Assembly (NCBI GenBank): GCA_051866635.1
Contig: JBJDXJ010000001.1
Location: 1 to 64,000 of the forward strand
DNA from: Clostridia bacterium
GTDB taxonomy: Bacteria > Bacillota > Clostridia > UMGS1883
Length of the DNA stretch: 64,000 bases
Reading direction: 5' to 3'
Shown here: one piece after another, positions 9,159 through 19,054 of the stretch
Layout: each line of letters opens with the position of its first letter
Numbering within the stretch: position 1 is the stretch's first letter
Program-made: the position numbers and the translations under genes
Notes under the pieces: model-generated
What the model was told of the DNA's origin: nothing
Seen by the model: the letters and a program-made list of their open reading frames with translations, nothing else
Databases searched by the model: none

Positions 9159-12100
9159 TTCAATCCTCCCATTATTTTACTACACAGCGGATTCATATTT
9201 TCAAGAGTATCCCATATCATTACATTAAACTTTGTATCTGCAAATTTGTCAGGTACCGTTACAGTATTCACTCCCGTGCTAAATTTAACGCAAACAGTTT
9301 CGGCATTTTCAAGTGTGCCGGTCTCTGTGCAGGACGAAAATATCACATTTGCATTCATCTCTTCGGCTGAAAAAACATTCAGCTGAGCATCTTTTATTAT
9401 ACAAATACATTTATCATCTTCGTTTACCGCCAATTCAAAGTTAACAGGTGGCAGATTAGTGTTGTCTGTAAGGTTTGGCATCTCGGGATATGTGCTGTGA
9501 GCATATCTTACATACAAAGGATTTTCAACTTTTTCGGAATACACCTCAATAAATTTACCCTCGGTAATATTGGCATTTGCATCATACCAATCTGTTCCAT
9601 CTGCCGAAATTTCAAACTCTCCAAGCACAGAGGTCTCGTTTTCGGTAAGCTTATCAGCCGCTGTTTTGTCCATATAGTTTACGGCATCTGCAATTTTCAA
9701 ATCTCCGGTGCAGTTAAAGCCTATAATAATTTTATTATCCTTAACAACAGCACCTTTTGGCAACGGACCTTCGGGGTATAAATCTCTGCCGTAAATATCA
9801 CGCAAAACAAATGCTGCAAAACGGGTTGCCACCGCCTGTTTGTTCCAAGGATGAATATCTGTTCTGGCATTACCTGTCCATATACGTCCCTCAGCATCAC
9901 GGAAGGTAGTATTTTCGCTGTAATTTCCGTAAAAATCTAATGTGGGTACAATGCCGATGTTTGTCTTGTTTTTCACTTTACAAAGTGCTCTTGCCTGACC
10001 TTTACGAATTTCGGTAAAGTCATACATTAAGCTGTCCTGACCTTTCCAGCTCTCTATTCGCATAAGCTCAGCGTAATAAAAGGGTAAATCTTCTTCATTC
10101 CACAGTTCACGGTAGCTGTCTATCACCTGTGCCATTTTATCGGCATAGTTTTCCGCACTCATACTCTCTATTGCATCCTGTTCGCCTTGATACCACAGAA
10201 CACCTTTTATCTTCATGTCCTTAAAGGGATATATTCTGCTGTTGTAAAGTACGCCGCCCGGCAGCCATTTATCTATTCCGCTTCCGCCTACCGCAACGCT
10301 GTAAATGCCTACTGGTACATTTTCGGATTTAACAATTTCATCTGCAAAATAATAACCTATTGCCGAAACATTTTTAATGGCATTCTGCGAGTTCATAACG
10401 CTCCATGTGTTGTACAAAGGCTCTTCAAGAGGCTCAACACTTCCGTTTCCACCGTCTGTACCCGTAAAGCCTTTATAATAATTGAAAATTCTGACAGAGT
10501 CATTTAAGGGATTTATGTTCCCGTTTTCGGGAGAAGCATCTCCCAAAAGGCTTATCAATCTTTCCATGTTGGACTGCCCTGCAATAAGATAAACATCGCC
10601 TATGGCAATATTTTCATACTCAATGCCGTATTCTCCCGTTGTAACACTCATAATATATCCGTCACCTGCGGGTAACGTGTTTTGCATATCAACTTGCCAT
10701 TTTTCGTCACTTACCGTTGCAGTTGCCTCTATACAATCTGTACCGCTTGCTATGCTTACGTTTACAACTGCTCCGTTTTCGCCCTTTCCCGAAATTGTAA
10801 TGCTTTGGTTTTGCTGAATTACCATATTGTCGGCAAAGCAATTGTTAACAGAAAGTTTTGTTGCATAAAACTCAATATCAGAAAGTATCAGCTTATTGCC
10901 GCCGTTTGATGCCCAGCCTATGTAGCTGTTATTTTCTTTTCGTATGTAACGGATAAACTTATAAGCCTTTGGCTTTTCAAGGTTTACAACAACTTCGCTC
11001 TGATTGTCTAATCCGTCAGGCTTTTTGTTCATAACATGTACTGTTTCCCAAGTATCGCCGTCCATTGAACCCTCCAGTACACAGCCAACCGCATAAGCAT
11101 GGTCGCCCCAATAGGTGGTGTTGCCGCCTAAGGCAATCTTTTGCTTTTTTACAACAATTTTATTTATTTCATCAGTGCCTGTAAGCTCAAATTGAACATA
11201 CTGGTTTGGATATTCGCTTTCTGTCTGGTTTTCAATTTTAAAAGCAGTATCCACATTGCCGTCTGCAGCATATTCACCGTTTGAACCGCCTTTTGCTGTA
11301 ACAGAGGGTTCTAATTTTACAACAGGCGGTTTAACCGTCTTTTCCAAAGGCATTGTAAAGCTGTAGCTGCCTGAACCGATAATTGCCACTGTTTTTCCGT
11401 TGTCGTTATAAACATTCTGTACACCGTCAACATTTGAAAGCTCTATTCCGTTTTCTTTAACATTTGACTGCTTCACCGTGTTAAAATACACCTTAGCCGT
11501 TGTATTTGCCGGAACGGTAACATTAATTAATACGCTTTCGTCAATTTTTTCCCACTGTGACAAAACATTGCCGTAGGCTGTGTCTACATTTGCCTCAAAG
11601 CTTGTTAACTCTTCTGCTATATACGGGTCAATAACAATTGTTTTGTACGCAACAGAGTCGTTTCTGATACCGCCAAGATATTCATACAGCCAGCCCTCAC
11701 CGTGACCTGCCATACAATGATTCTGGCTTGCTCCCCCGTTCCATATTTCAGGTAGGGTCGTTTTGCCCTGACTTACAAAGTAATAATAGCTGGGGCTTGT
11801 TTCGTTCATAATCATTTTGTAGGCATAATCTGAGTAACCGTATTCGGAAAGCATATTAAATACGGGTTTTAAGCCAACTTCACCGGCAGACAGATGATAG
11901 CCTCTGCTTTCTGCGTTAAATGCAATATGCTCTGCCACACGCTCCTCGTCACCTTCAGGCACTATTCCTAAATACAAGGGAATTGCATTTGCACTCTGGC
12001 TTGTTCCGTAGCTGAAATCTGTGCTGTCAAAATACTTTTCGTTAATTGCATTTTTTACATTTTCGCATATTTGCGTATATTTTTCTGCATCCTTACCTAA

Positions 12101-14584
12101 AACGGTGCTGATTTTTGCCATTGTGTCCGCAAGCTGAAAATAGGTACAGCTTACAACAAAAGTGACGCTGGTATTTTCAACACTCATCCAGTCGCCCAAA
12201 TCGCGGTTTAAGTCACTGCTTTCAAGAATATAGGGTGTAGAGCTTTTTTGGGTAAGCTGTGTAAGATAATCAAAATACATACTCATAGAGTCGTATGCCT
12301 TTTCAAGCTGTCTTGTGTCGCCATAGGTAACATATGTGTACCACGGCACCATAATATTTGCACCGCACCAGGTAGGGTCGTTTGGTGTGTCGTCATCACT
12401 GTTGTCACGCAGGGCGTGTTCACTTTTGCCCACTGTCAGCGGAGGTACAATTGACGGAATACTGCCTGAAGATTTCTGTGCGTCAATCATATCGTCCGAG
12501 ATTTTTTCCATATAAGCCGCCACGTTAAAATTGTTTGCAATAGAGGGGTATAAAAGGTGCGACACCTCAAGCCAGCCTAACTTTTCACGGTGAGGACAGT
12601 CGGTAAGAACATTAAACATATTGTCACTTATTGAATTTGTTATCATTTGGTGCACCTTTGTAACATTTTCATCAGATGCGGAAATACTGCCTGTAATCTT
12701 ATTGTCACAACGGTATACGTAACCTGTCAGCTGTTCTTTTGTTATAGGCTTACTGCTTCCGTCAATCTGCAAATACTGAAATCCGTGATAAACAAACTTT
12801 GGTGTGTAAACCTCTTCGCCTTCGCCTCTAAATGTATATGTATCATAAATACTGCCGCTACTGCCCCACATAATAGTTGAGCCTTGGTTTACCGTGCCAT
12901 CGATGTTTATATGCTCTGCCGGGCGGAATGTTAATTTTTTGCCCTTTTCGTATGATCCCTTAAAGGAATACACGCCTGCAAAATTTCTCTCGAATTTTAC
13001 AGTATAGCTTACTGTTCCGTCAGAATTTGTAATTTCGGTAATGCTATCTACCGCTACAGTGTCAACAGCTTTAATCGAAGGATAGGCTTTTGCCTCCAAC
13101 CGTTCAAAAGGATAATCGGCTTTTTCTACAATCTGAGCCGAATTCCAGTTTGACATATCCCAATTCTCCTTGGCGAAGTTTTCAATCTCGCAGTTTGCAT
13201 CGTAATCTTCACCGCCAAGCCAAACGGATTCTTTAACAGGACCTTTCGCATACCGCCAGCTGTCATCGGTTACAACAATGCTCTTTGTTCCGTCTGTGTA
13301 TGTAACCTCTATCTGGGAAATAAACATTAATGGTCCCCATATTTTAGGCGAACGGTTATATCTTCCCTCACCGGAGGGATTGTAATAAAATCCTTTGCCC
13401 ATATATACGCCCACTGCATTGTCACCTTTTACAATTTTGTCGGTTATGTCATATGTTACATAAAAGGCTTTTTTATCAAAGTTTGTTTCGCCGGGTTCTA
13501 AAACAGCATCTGTCACCTTTTCACCGTTAATATGCATTTCAAAAAGACCAAGTCCGCTTGCATAGGCACGGGCAAAAGCAACCTCCTTATTGGTATCCAC
13601 ACTAAAATTTCTGCCGAACACCGGAAGGGCGGTGTTTTCTTCAAAAGTGGGAACAGGGACATTTTCCGCACTGTATAGGATAGAGTAATTTATATTATCC
13701 GTACTGTATTCAATCTTATAGCTTTGCGGAAAAGAAGGAATACACGGCGGATTTATGGATGCGGCATCGTTTCTCGGATAAAACACCACTTTACCCACAT
13801 TATAATTTGCTCCTAAATCTACAGTAACTGTCACATTTGTATCAACATTTGTATATATCTGGCTTGTGTAGCCTTGTTTGTTACCACCGGATGACCTCTC
13901 GCCGTCAACAATATAACCGGGTGTCCATGTTGCATTTGTGAAAGCCTGGGGTGATGAAACAGCTTTTCCCAAAGCTACATTTTCGCCATTAGATGAATAA
14001 ATCTCAAATTCCGCAAGCTGAAGTCTGTAACCGCTTCTTTCGCCCCAGCCGTCAACGCTCACGCCGAGTTTTGAAGCGTTCAGCCTTATGTATCTTGCAT
14101 CTGTAGGTGTATCAAAATTAATAACCACTTTGGGATATGTTTCATCTTCTACAGTTATCCATTCCGCTTCCCATTCATTTTTTAAAAATGCGGTTTCAAA
14201 CGAAGCAGGACGGCTATAGGGAGACTCATTTCCGTAATTGTCCCAAATTTTTACCTTCCAGTAATACTTACTTTTACTTTCAAGAGGCAGACCTTCATAC
14301 TCAATATTGTTACTTTTATCTGATTCTACCTTACCGCTGTCCCATACGGTATCACCATATAAATCCAAAACAATAATCTGATAAGCTGATTGCATTGTCC
14401 CTCTATTATTCGATGAAATATTCCAGCTAAATCTCGGGCAAGTTTCATCAATGCCTAAAGGCTCTGTGAGATATTCTGTTTGCAAATTATAAATTTCGGG
14501 CATTTTGTCCTCCGCCTTTACAAAAGTGGGCATACAGCTTAATATCATTATACAACTTGTCACGAACGAAACTAATTTTTTCAA
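9155..14584 (-). CDS. Secreted GH78 alpha-L-rhamnosidase with inserted F5/8 module, fused to a sialate-O-acetylesterase (SASA) domain
   Basis: PLGIDE..PRFSW, ARAYASGLG, FVYHGFQY, TDCPHREKLGW, GDW, TTLPEIW, SQNH; esterase motifs GDVYLIAGQSNME, GVLWYQGE, DIHPWNK. Confidence 0.9.
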   Translation of the reverse strand: MKKLVSFVTSCIMILSCMPTFVKAEDKMPEIYNLQTEYLTEPLGIDETCPRFSWNISSNNRGTMQSAYQIIVLDLYGDTVWDSGKVESDKSNNIEYEGLPLESKSKYYWKVKIWDNYGNESPYSRPASFETAFLKNEWEAEWITVEDETYPKVVINFDTPTDARYIRLNASKLGVSVDGWGERSGYRLQLAEFEIYSSNGENVALGKAVSSPQAFTNATWTPGYIVDGERSSGGNKQGYTSQIYTNVDTNVTVTVDLGANYNVGKVVFYPRNDAASINPPCIPSFPQSYKIEYSTDNINYSILYSAENVPVPTFEENTALPVFGRNFSVDTNKEVAFARAYASGLGLFEMHINGEKVTDAVLEPGETNFDKKAFYVTYDITDKIVKGDNAVGVYMGKGFYYNPSGEGRYNRSPKIWGPLMFISQIEVTYTDGTKSIVVTDDSWRYAKGPVKESVWLGGEDYDANCEIENFAKENWDMSNWNSAQIVEKADYPFERLEAKAYPSIKAVDTVAVDSITEITNSDGTVSYTVKFERNFAGVYSFKGSYEKGKKLTFRPAEHINIDGTVNQGSTIMWGSSGSIYDTYTFRGEGEEVYTPKFVYHGFQYLQIDGSSKPITKEQLTGYVYRCDNKITGSISASDENVTKVHQMITNSISDNMFNVLTDCPHREKLGWLEVSHLLYPSIANNFNVAAYMEKISDDMIDAQKSSGSIPSIVPPLTVGKSEHALRDNSDDDTPNDPTWCGANIMVPWYTYVTYGDTRQLEKAYDSMSMYFDYLTQLTQKSSTPYILESSDLNRDLGDWMSVENTSVTFVVSCTYFQLADTMAKISTVLGKDAEKYTQICENVKNAINEKYFDSTDFSYGTSQSANAIPLYLGIVPEGDEERVAEHIAFNAESRGYHLSAGEVGLKPVFNMLSEYGYSDYAYKMIMNETSPSYYYFVSQGKTTLPEIWNGGASQNHCMAGHGEGWLYEYLGGIRNDSVAYKTIVIDPYIAEELTSFEANVDTAYGNVLSQWEKIDESVLINVTVPANTTAKVYFNTVKQSNVKENGIELSNVDGVQNVYNDNGKTVAIIGSGSYSFTMPLEKTVKPPVVKLEPSVTAKGGSNGEYAADGNVDTAFKIENQTESEYPNQYVQFELTGTDEINKIVVKKQKIALGGNTTYWGDHAYAVGCVLEGSMDGDTWETVHVMNKKPDGLDNQSEVVVNLEKPKAYKFIRYIRKENNSYIGWASNGGNKLILSDIEFYATKLSVNNCFADNMVIQQNQSITISGKGENGAVVNVSIASGTDCIEATATVSDEKWQVDMQNTLPAGDGYIMSVTTGEYGIEYENIAIGDVYLIAGQSNMERLISLLGDASPENGNINPLNDSVRIFNYYKGFTGTDGGNGSVEPLEEPLYNTWSVMNSQNAIKNVSAIGYYFADEIVKSENVPVGIYSVAVGGSGIDKWLPGGVLYNSRIYPFKDMKIKGVLWYQGEQDAIESMSAENYADKMAQVIDSYRELWNEEDLPFYYAELMRIESWKGQDSLMYDFTEIRKGQARALCKVKNKTNIGIVPTLDFYGNYSENTTFRDAEGRIWTGNARTDIHPWNKQAVATRFAAFVLRDIYGRDLYPEGPLPKGAVVKDNKIIIGFNCTGDLKIADAVNYMDKTAADKLTENETSVLGEFEISADGTDWYDANANITEGKFIEVYSEKVENPLYVRYAHSTYPEMPNLTDNTNLPPVNFELAVNEDDKCICIIKDAQLNVFSAEEMNANVIFSSCTETGTLENAETVCVKFSTGVNTVTVPDKFADTKFNVMIWDTLENMNPLCSKIMGGLK
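10866..11310 (-). repeat. Module copy 2 (F5/8-like), closely similar to 4861-5305
   Basis: Same peptide and DNA repeat as copy 1. Confidence 0.9.
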
Positions 14585-14586
14585 TA

Positions 14587-17500
14587 TTATCCCTCCACAT
14601 CTATCTCACACTCTTTACACAAAGGTTCGATGTTTTCTAATTCCAATATCATAACCTTAACCTTTTCTGCACCATTTACAAAAGGTACGCTATATTCGGT
14701 CTTGCCCTCTTTTACAGTTGAAACAGACACTCCTGCCAACGCATCGCCTTTATAGCTTGCAACTAAAAGCACGCCTTTTGTTTCAAAAACATTTTCAAGG
14801 TTTATATTTATACTATCGCCTGCTTTTTCAACATTGGAAATTGAAAGCGTTTGTGATGTGTAAAGCTCTATTTCTTTTACATTCAATCGGTTGCCGCCGT
14901 CCGTAGAGGACCAACGCCACACCGCATAGTCGCTTCCTGTTTTGTACTTTGTTCTTATATAGCGGATATATTTATATGCCTTGGGTTTTTCAAGCTCAAA
15001 AATTTCTTTGGTTTTTTCCCCTGTTCCGTCGGGCCAGGTGTTCATAATGCCTACAGTTTCCCAATTTTTTCCGTCAAAGGAGCCTTGCAGTTCACAACCA
15101 ACAGCCAAGCACCAGTCCGCCCAATAGTTGTTATCATTAGTGTTTGCGGCATTGTACTGGCGGCGGATAATTATCTTTTCTATTTCTCTTTTGCCGTCAG
15201 TTTCAAGCATTAAGTACTGGTCATTAATTGAATTTTCCGTCTGAGCAGACAGGGTATATACAGTTGCGGGATTTTTGTCAACTGCATAATTTGGATTACT
15301 GCCTTCATCGCATGCTGTTGCAGTAACACCAACAATATCTATGCTTTCAGCAGGCTTTTTGGAATAAAAGCTGATTTCCTTTACATTTAGCCTGTTACCG
15401 CCGTCCGTAGAGGACCAACGCCACACCGCATAATCACTGCCCGTTTTGTATTTTGTTCTTATATAGCGGATATATTTATATGCTTTCGGGTTTTCAAGCT
15501 CAAAAATATCCTCGCTCATTTCGCCCGTTCCGTCGGGCCAGGTGTTCATAACACCTACAGTTTCCCAAGTCTCGCCGTCCGATGAGCCTTGCAATTCACA
15601 GCCTACTGCCAAGCACCAGTCCGCCCAATAGTTGTTATCGGAAACGCCCCCTGCATTGTACTGACGTTCAATCTTAATTCTGTCAACCACGCTTTTTCCG
15701 TCAAGCTCGATTAAAAGATACTGACTGTCTATATTTTCCGCTGTTTGTCCCGAAAGGGTGTATGCGGTATTATGGTTTTTGTCTATGGCATATTCACCGC
15801 TGCTTGAAGCATCTACCGCTGTTGCGGTAGCTCTTACGGGTGAAATCTCGCTGTAAATATAATAATCTGTTTCATCATAAGGCTCTTTGGGGTTTAATAT
15901 ATCAAAGAGATAGTTTTCCGCTTCCTCTTTCAATTCTGTGCAGTCTGCACCATGCAGGACGCCTGCCTGCTTCTCTACCGCCATAGTGGTCTCGTTTGTG
16001 TTAACCGAAACATTTATATAGTTATTTTTTTTGCTGTTTTTGCCTGCACAGCCGTTAAAGTTAATACCGCCTCCCCATGCGTCCTGACCTATGTTACACA
16101 TAAGGTTTTCGCATATTGTGTAGCCCTCTGTCTGCTCGTCAAAATACATTGCCGCATATCCGTAGTCAAACCATAACTTTCCTGTAACGCTATTTATGTA
16201 ATTTCTTGCACATACACTGCCCGGCTGTTTGGAAAGCGTATATATCGCTCCGAAATCGCAAAGCACCTGACCTATATCATAAATTTTGTTTGCAAAAATT
16301 ATATTGTTTTTCATGGCGTTGTCATCGCTTGACCAGCCAAAGCCAACGGAAATACCTGAATAAGGTGCACTGTATATATCGTTATGTGCAATAACTATAT
16401 GTTCGGGATAACCTGCAATAATACCTACAGCACCTTCATATTCCGTTCCTATATGGTGAACAGTGTTATTTATAACATCAATATTTCTTGTTATTTCACT
16501 TTTGTCGGCAGGGTTGTATGCTATATGATATTCCGTTTCCTCGTCCTGTACAAATTTTGCAACAGAGATACCGTTTGATGCAATATCATACACATTGTTT
16601 CCAAAAATCTGACTGTTTGTCACGCCAACATAATAGTCAAGTCCTACTGCTCCCATTTTTCTGAAGGTACAGCCCTGTACAAGCAAATTGTCTGCATATA
16701 CTGCAAAAAAGCCACTCGGTGGATGATAAGCCCATGTTTCATTGTCTAATGTTGTCTTTAGTGCGTACTGACACGCCTGTGCACCGACTAGGCCTTCTTC
16801 GCTCGGTCTTATCCATGTAGTACATTCAAATACGATATTTTCAAAAGTTATATTACTTGCCTTTTCCTCCTTTGTGCCTTCAATCTTCACAAGAGTTTCA
16901 AGGGTAGGTACTGTAAAAACAGCCTTTTCCATATCTGTACCTTCCGGTGCTTTAAAATAAATTGTACTGTCGGTTTTATCCAAATACCATTCAGTATCCT
17001 CGTCTATAAATTCATACGCATTTTCAAAATAGTAATAGCTTCTTGATGCATAGCCACGGGTGGTTCCGGTAATGTCGGGATGTGCACGGTTAAAAATACG
17101 TTCAGCTTCTGTGTCCTGAATTTTTACTGCAACTGCATCTGCAATACCTTCCTCACCGCCGTTGTCAACCGTTGTGTTAATAAAATTGTTATTTTCGTCA
17201 TACTTCTTAAGCCTGAATACATTATCAACCCATGCGGTTAAAAGATGCAGTTCCACATCTTCAAAATTATTCCAATTTTCCACTTCATCACGGTAAAAAT
17301 AGAACTCTTTATTGTTTCTGGAATTAAGTCCCAATTCGCATGTTCTGTCAAGGTTTGAGTAGCCGCCCTTATATGAAATGCTTCTGCTTCTTTTCGCTTT
17401 TTCGCCGTTAAAGTAAAGCTGGCGAGTGGTAAAACCTTCATCGACCTTAGCTTTATAAATATTTTTTTCACTATCGTGCATACTCCAGCCTGTAATAGTA

Positions 17501-17835
17501 CGCTCACTTGTAACAACAGGCACTTCATCATTATAATTTGTCCATTTTGTGTTGCTGTCACGTTTGTCCAAAACTAAAGTTTCCGTAAGGTTATACTCTC
17601 CTCCACGAAGGACAATCTCAGTACTGCCAAGCCTGTTTCTTGCCGCTTCACGAGCCGCGGCAAGGGTTTTTAAAGGACTTTCAAGAGTACCGGAATTTTC
17701 ATCCGAACCAATCGGAGAAACATAAATTTCAGTTGAATTATCATTCATTTCCTCCACCGCCTTTACAGGAATAATATTAATGAACATTACTGCACTCAGA
17801 ATAAATACTAACATTCTTTCAAAACTATTTTTCAT
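14587..17835 (-). CDS. Secreted GH141-like right-handed beta-helix glycosidase with two tandem F5/8-like modules
   Basis: IYVSPIGSDENSGTLESPLKTL..LRGGEY, YFENAYEFIDEDTEWY, PYSGISVGFGW, DFGAIYTLS, YFDEQT; start moved to ATG 17835 (RBS GAGGGGG, signal peptide follows). Confidence 0.8.
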   Translation of the reverse strand: MKNSFERMLVFILSAVMFINIIPVKAVEEMNDNSTEIYVSPIGSDENSGTLESPLKTLAAAREAARNRLGSTEIVLRGGEYNLTETLVLDKRDSNTKWTNYNDEVPVVTSERTITGWSMHDSEKNIYKAKVDEGFTTRQLYFNGEKAKRSRSISYKGGYSNLDRTCELGLNSRNNKEFYFYRDEVENWNNFEDVELHLLTAWVDNVFRLKKYDENNNFINTTVDNGGEEGIADAVAVKIQDTEAERIFNRAHPDITGTTRGYASRSYYYFENAYEFIDEDTEWYLDKTDSTIYFKAPEGTDMEKAVFTVPTLETLVKIEGTKEEKASNITFENIVFECTTWIRPSEEGLVGAQACQYALKTTLDNETWAYHPPSGFFAVYADNLLVQGCTFRKMGAVGLDYYVGVTNSQIFGNNVYDIASNGISVAKFVQDEETEYHIAYNPADKSEITRNIDVINNTVHHIGTEYEGAVGIIAGYPEHIVIAHNDIYSAPYSGISVGFGWSSDDNAMKNNIIFANKIYDIGQVLCDFGAIYTLSKQPGSVCARNYINSVTGKLWFDYGYAAMYFDEQTEGYTICENLMCNIGQDAWGGGINFNGCAGKNSKKNNYINVSVNTNETTMAVEKQAGVLHGADCTELKEEAENYLFDILNPKEPYDETDYYIYSEISPVRATATAVDASSSGEYAIDKNHNTAYTLSGQTAENIDSQYLLIELDGKSVVDRIKIERQYNAGGVSDNNYWADWCLAVGCELQGSSDGETWETVGVMNTWPDGTGEMSEDIFELENPKAYKYIRYIRTKYKTGSDYAVWRWSSTDGGNRLNVKEISFYSKKPAESIDIVGVTATACDEGSNPNYAVDKNPATVYTLSAQTENSINDQYLMLETDGKREIEKIIIRRQYNAANTNDNNYWADWCLAVGCELQGSFDGKNWETVGIMNTWPDGTGEKTKEIFELEKPKAYKYIRYIRTKYKTGSDYAVWRWSSTDGGNRLNVKEIELYTSQTLSISNVEKAGDSININLENVFETKGVLLVASYKGDALAGVSVSTVKEGKTEYSVPFVNGAEKVKVMILELENIEPLCKECEIDVEG
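14865..15840 (-). repeat. Tandem duplication of a ~160-aa F5/8-like module within the GH141-like gene
   Basis: DNNYWADWCLAVGCELQGS.DG..WETVG.MNTWPDGTGE and KYKTGSDYAVWRWSSTDGGNRLNVKEI each occur twice. Confidence 0.9.
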
Positions 17836-17886
17836 TTTCCCACCCCCTCTTCTGATTATATTATTATATAATTTTATTGTAAACAT

Positions 17887-17925
17887 AAAAAAGCGACATC
17901 TTTTAATTCAAGGTGTCGCTTTTAT
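17887..17925 (-). terminator. Intrinsic terminator-like hairpin
   Basis: AAAAGCGACATCTT/AAGGTGTCGCTTTT stem with a U-tract on the minus strand. Confidence 0.65.
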
Positions 17926-17968
17926 TTCAATTGCATCCAATCTCATTCTTATCATTTAAAGTATCGTA

Positions 17969-18020
17969 TTGACATTTCTTGCATCAAACATTATAATGAC
18001 ACTGTGTCTAAATAGCAATA
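17969..18020. promoter_or_regulatory. Overlapping divergent sigma-A promoters with a putative TetR operator
   Basis: Plus strand TTGACA(17969)-N17-TATAAT(17992); minus strand TTGCTA-N17-TATAAT sharing the palindromic ATTATAAT; palindrome GACACTGTGTC 17998-18008. Confidence 0.6.
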
Positions 18021-18068
18021 ATAAGTTGTATTTCTAATAACGTGTTTATATATGTGAGGTGAAAGCCA

Positions 18069-18641
18069 ATGAAAGAAAACAGAAGAACAACTATGACCAA
18101 AACACTTTTGAAGGATAGTCTTCTTGAATTACTCAGGGATAAACCGCTTCCTAAAATAACTATTAAAGAAATATGCGAAAACGCAGACGTTAACCGTTCA
18201 ACCTTTTATCTTCATTATCAGGATCCTTTCGCCCTTTGTGCGGAAATTGAAAACGACAGCATAGAAAAGATAAATACATGCCTTGCAAAAGTAAGTGTAA
18301 AAGACAATAGTGTGGAAGGGCTTAGTGAATTTTTGTCTTATATGAAAGCAAACGGTGAATTGTTTAAAATTCTTATGCGTCCCGATTTTAACAATTCATT
18401 CCGTGTCCGTTTTTCCGAAGTTGCCGTAAAAAGACTTACAGAGCTTGACTATCACGACAATTTATCCGCTGAAGATAAGGATTACATTTTCCGATTTATG
18501 TTCATGGGTGCTTTAGGTATTATTGAAAAATGGGTTAAAAACGATTTTGACATTTCACCTGACAATCTTGCGGCATTTATATTGTCACTTATGCCAAGCA
18601 TAACAGAATCGATGCGTAAAAGAAAACAAATAATGTTATAA
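18069..18641 (+). CDS. TetR/AcrR family transcriptional regulator
   Basis: ITIKEICENADVNRSTFYLHY HTH; RBS GAGGTG. Confidence 0.92.
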   Translation: MKENRRTTMTKTLLKDSLLELLRDKPLPKITIKEICENADVNRSTFYLHYQDPFALCAEIENDSIEKINTCLAKVSVKDNSVEGLSEFLSYMKANGELFKILMRPDFNNSFRVRFSEVAVKRLTELDYHDNLSAEDKDYIFRFMFMGALGIIEKWVKNDFDISPDNLAAFILSLMPSITESMRKRKQIML

Positions 18642-18650
18642 CAGGCCATA

Positions 18651-18871
18651 GATAAACTTGTTTTCATTCAATCGCGAAGGGTTCGGGAAAGAAGGTTTCC
18701 CGAATGAAATAGGCAGGGTAATCTTATTGCCCTGCCGAAAGTGGCGATTTTAGGGGGTTGTAGACCCCTTGCACGAGAAATTGCCACTTTGTTCATTAGA
18801 AAAAATACAGACCTCAAAGTGCTGAAGGACGCAGTCCGCCTTTGAGGTCGCGTGTCGAAATGTCGACACGC
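18651..18871 (+). repeat. ~210 bp multi-hairpin interspersed repeat, copy 1 (MITE-like element or structured RNA)
   Basis: Aligns to the reverse complement of 55193-55400; four or five hairpins; TGTCGA motifs at the ends. Confidence 0.8.
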
Positions 18872-18872
18872 T

Positions 18873-18908
18873 AAGACAAAACCTCGGATTTTCCGAGGTT
18901 TTGTCTTT
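18873..18908. terminator. Bidirectional terminator between convergent genes
   Basis: AAGACAAAACCTCGGA-TTT-TCCGAGGTTTTGTCTT perfect stem. Confidence 0.8.
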
Positions 18909-19008
18909 ACTGGTTTTTATTATTCTGTTCGGGCTTTTGATTATTGCCCTTCTGCTGTGCCTGAGAGTTTTTCTGGTTGCTCTTTTTTTCGCTGTTTTTG
19001 TTACTCAA
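18907..19008 (-). CDS. 33-aa Asn/Gln/Lys-rich small protein, putative small spore protein
   Basis: Not in ORF track. TTG start with RBS GGGGTGA; MSNKNSEKKSNQKNSQAQQKGNNQKPEQNNKNQ; sigma-G-like promoter upstream and terminator at the stop. Confidence 0.65.
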   Translation of the reverse strand: MSNKNSEKKSNQKNSQAQQKGNNQKPEQNNKNQ

Positions 19009-19025
19009 TTTAATCACCCCAAGTC

Positions 19026-19054
19026 TATTTTGCACATATGGGCGATTTTTATGC
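19026..19054 (-). promoter_or_regulatory. Sigma-G-type forespore promoter
   Basis: GCATA-N17-CAAAATA. Confidence 0.6.
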
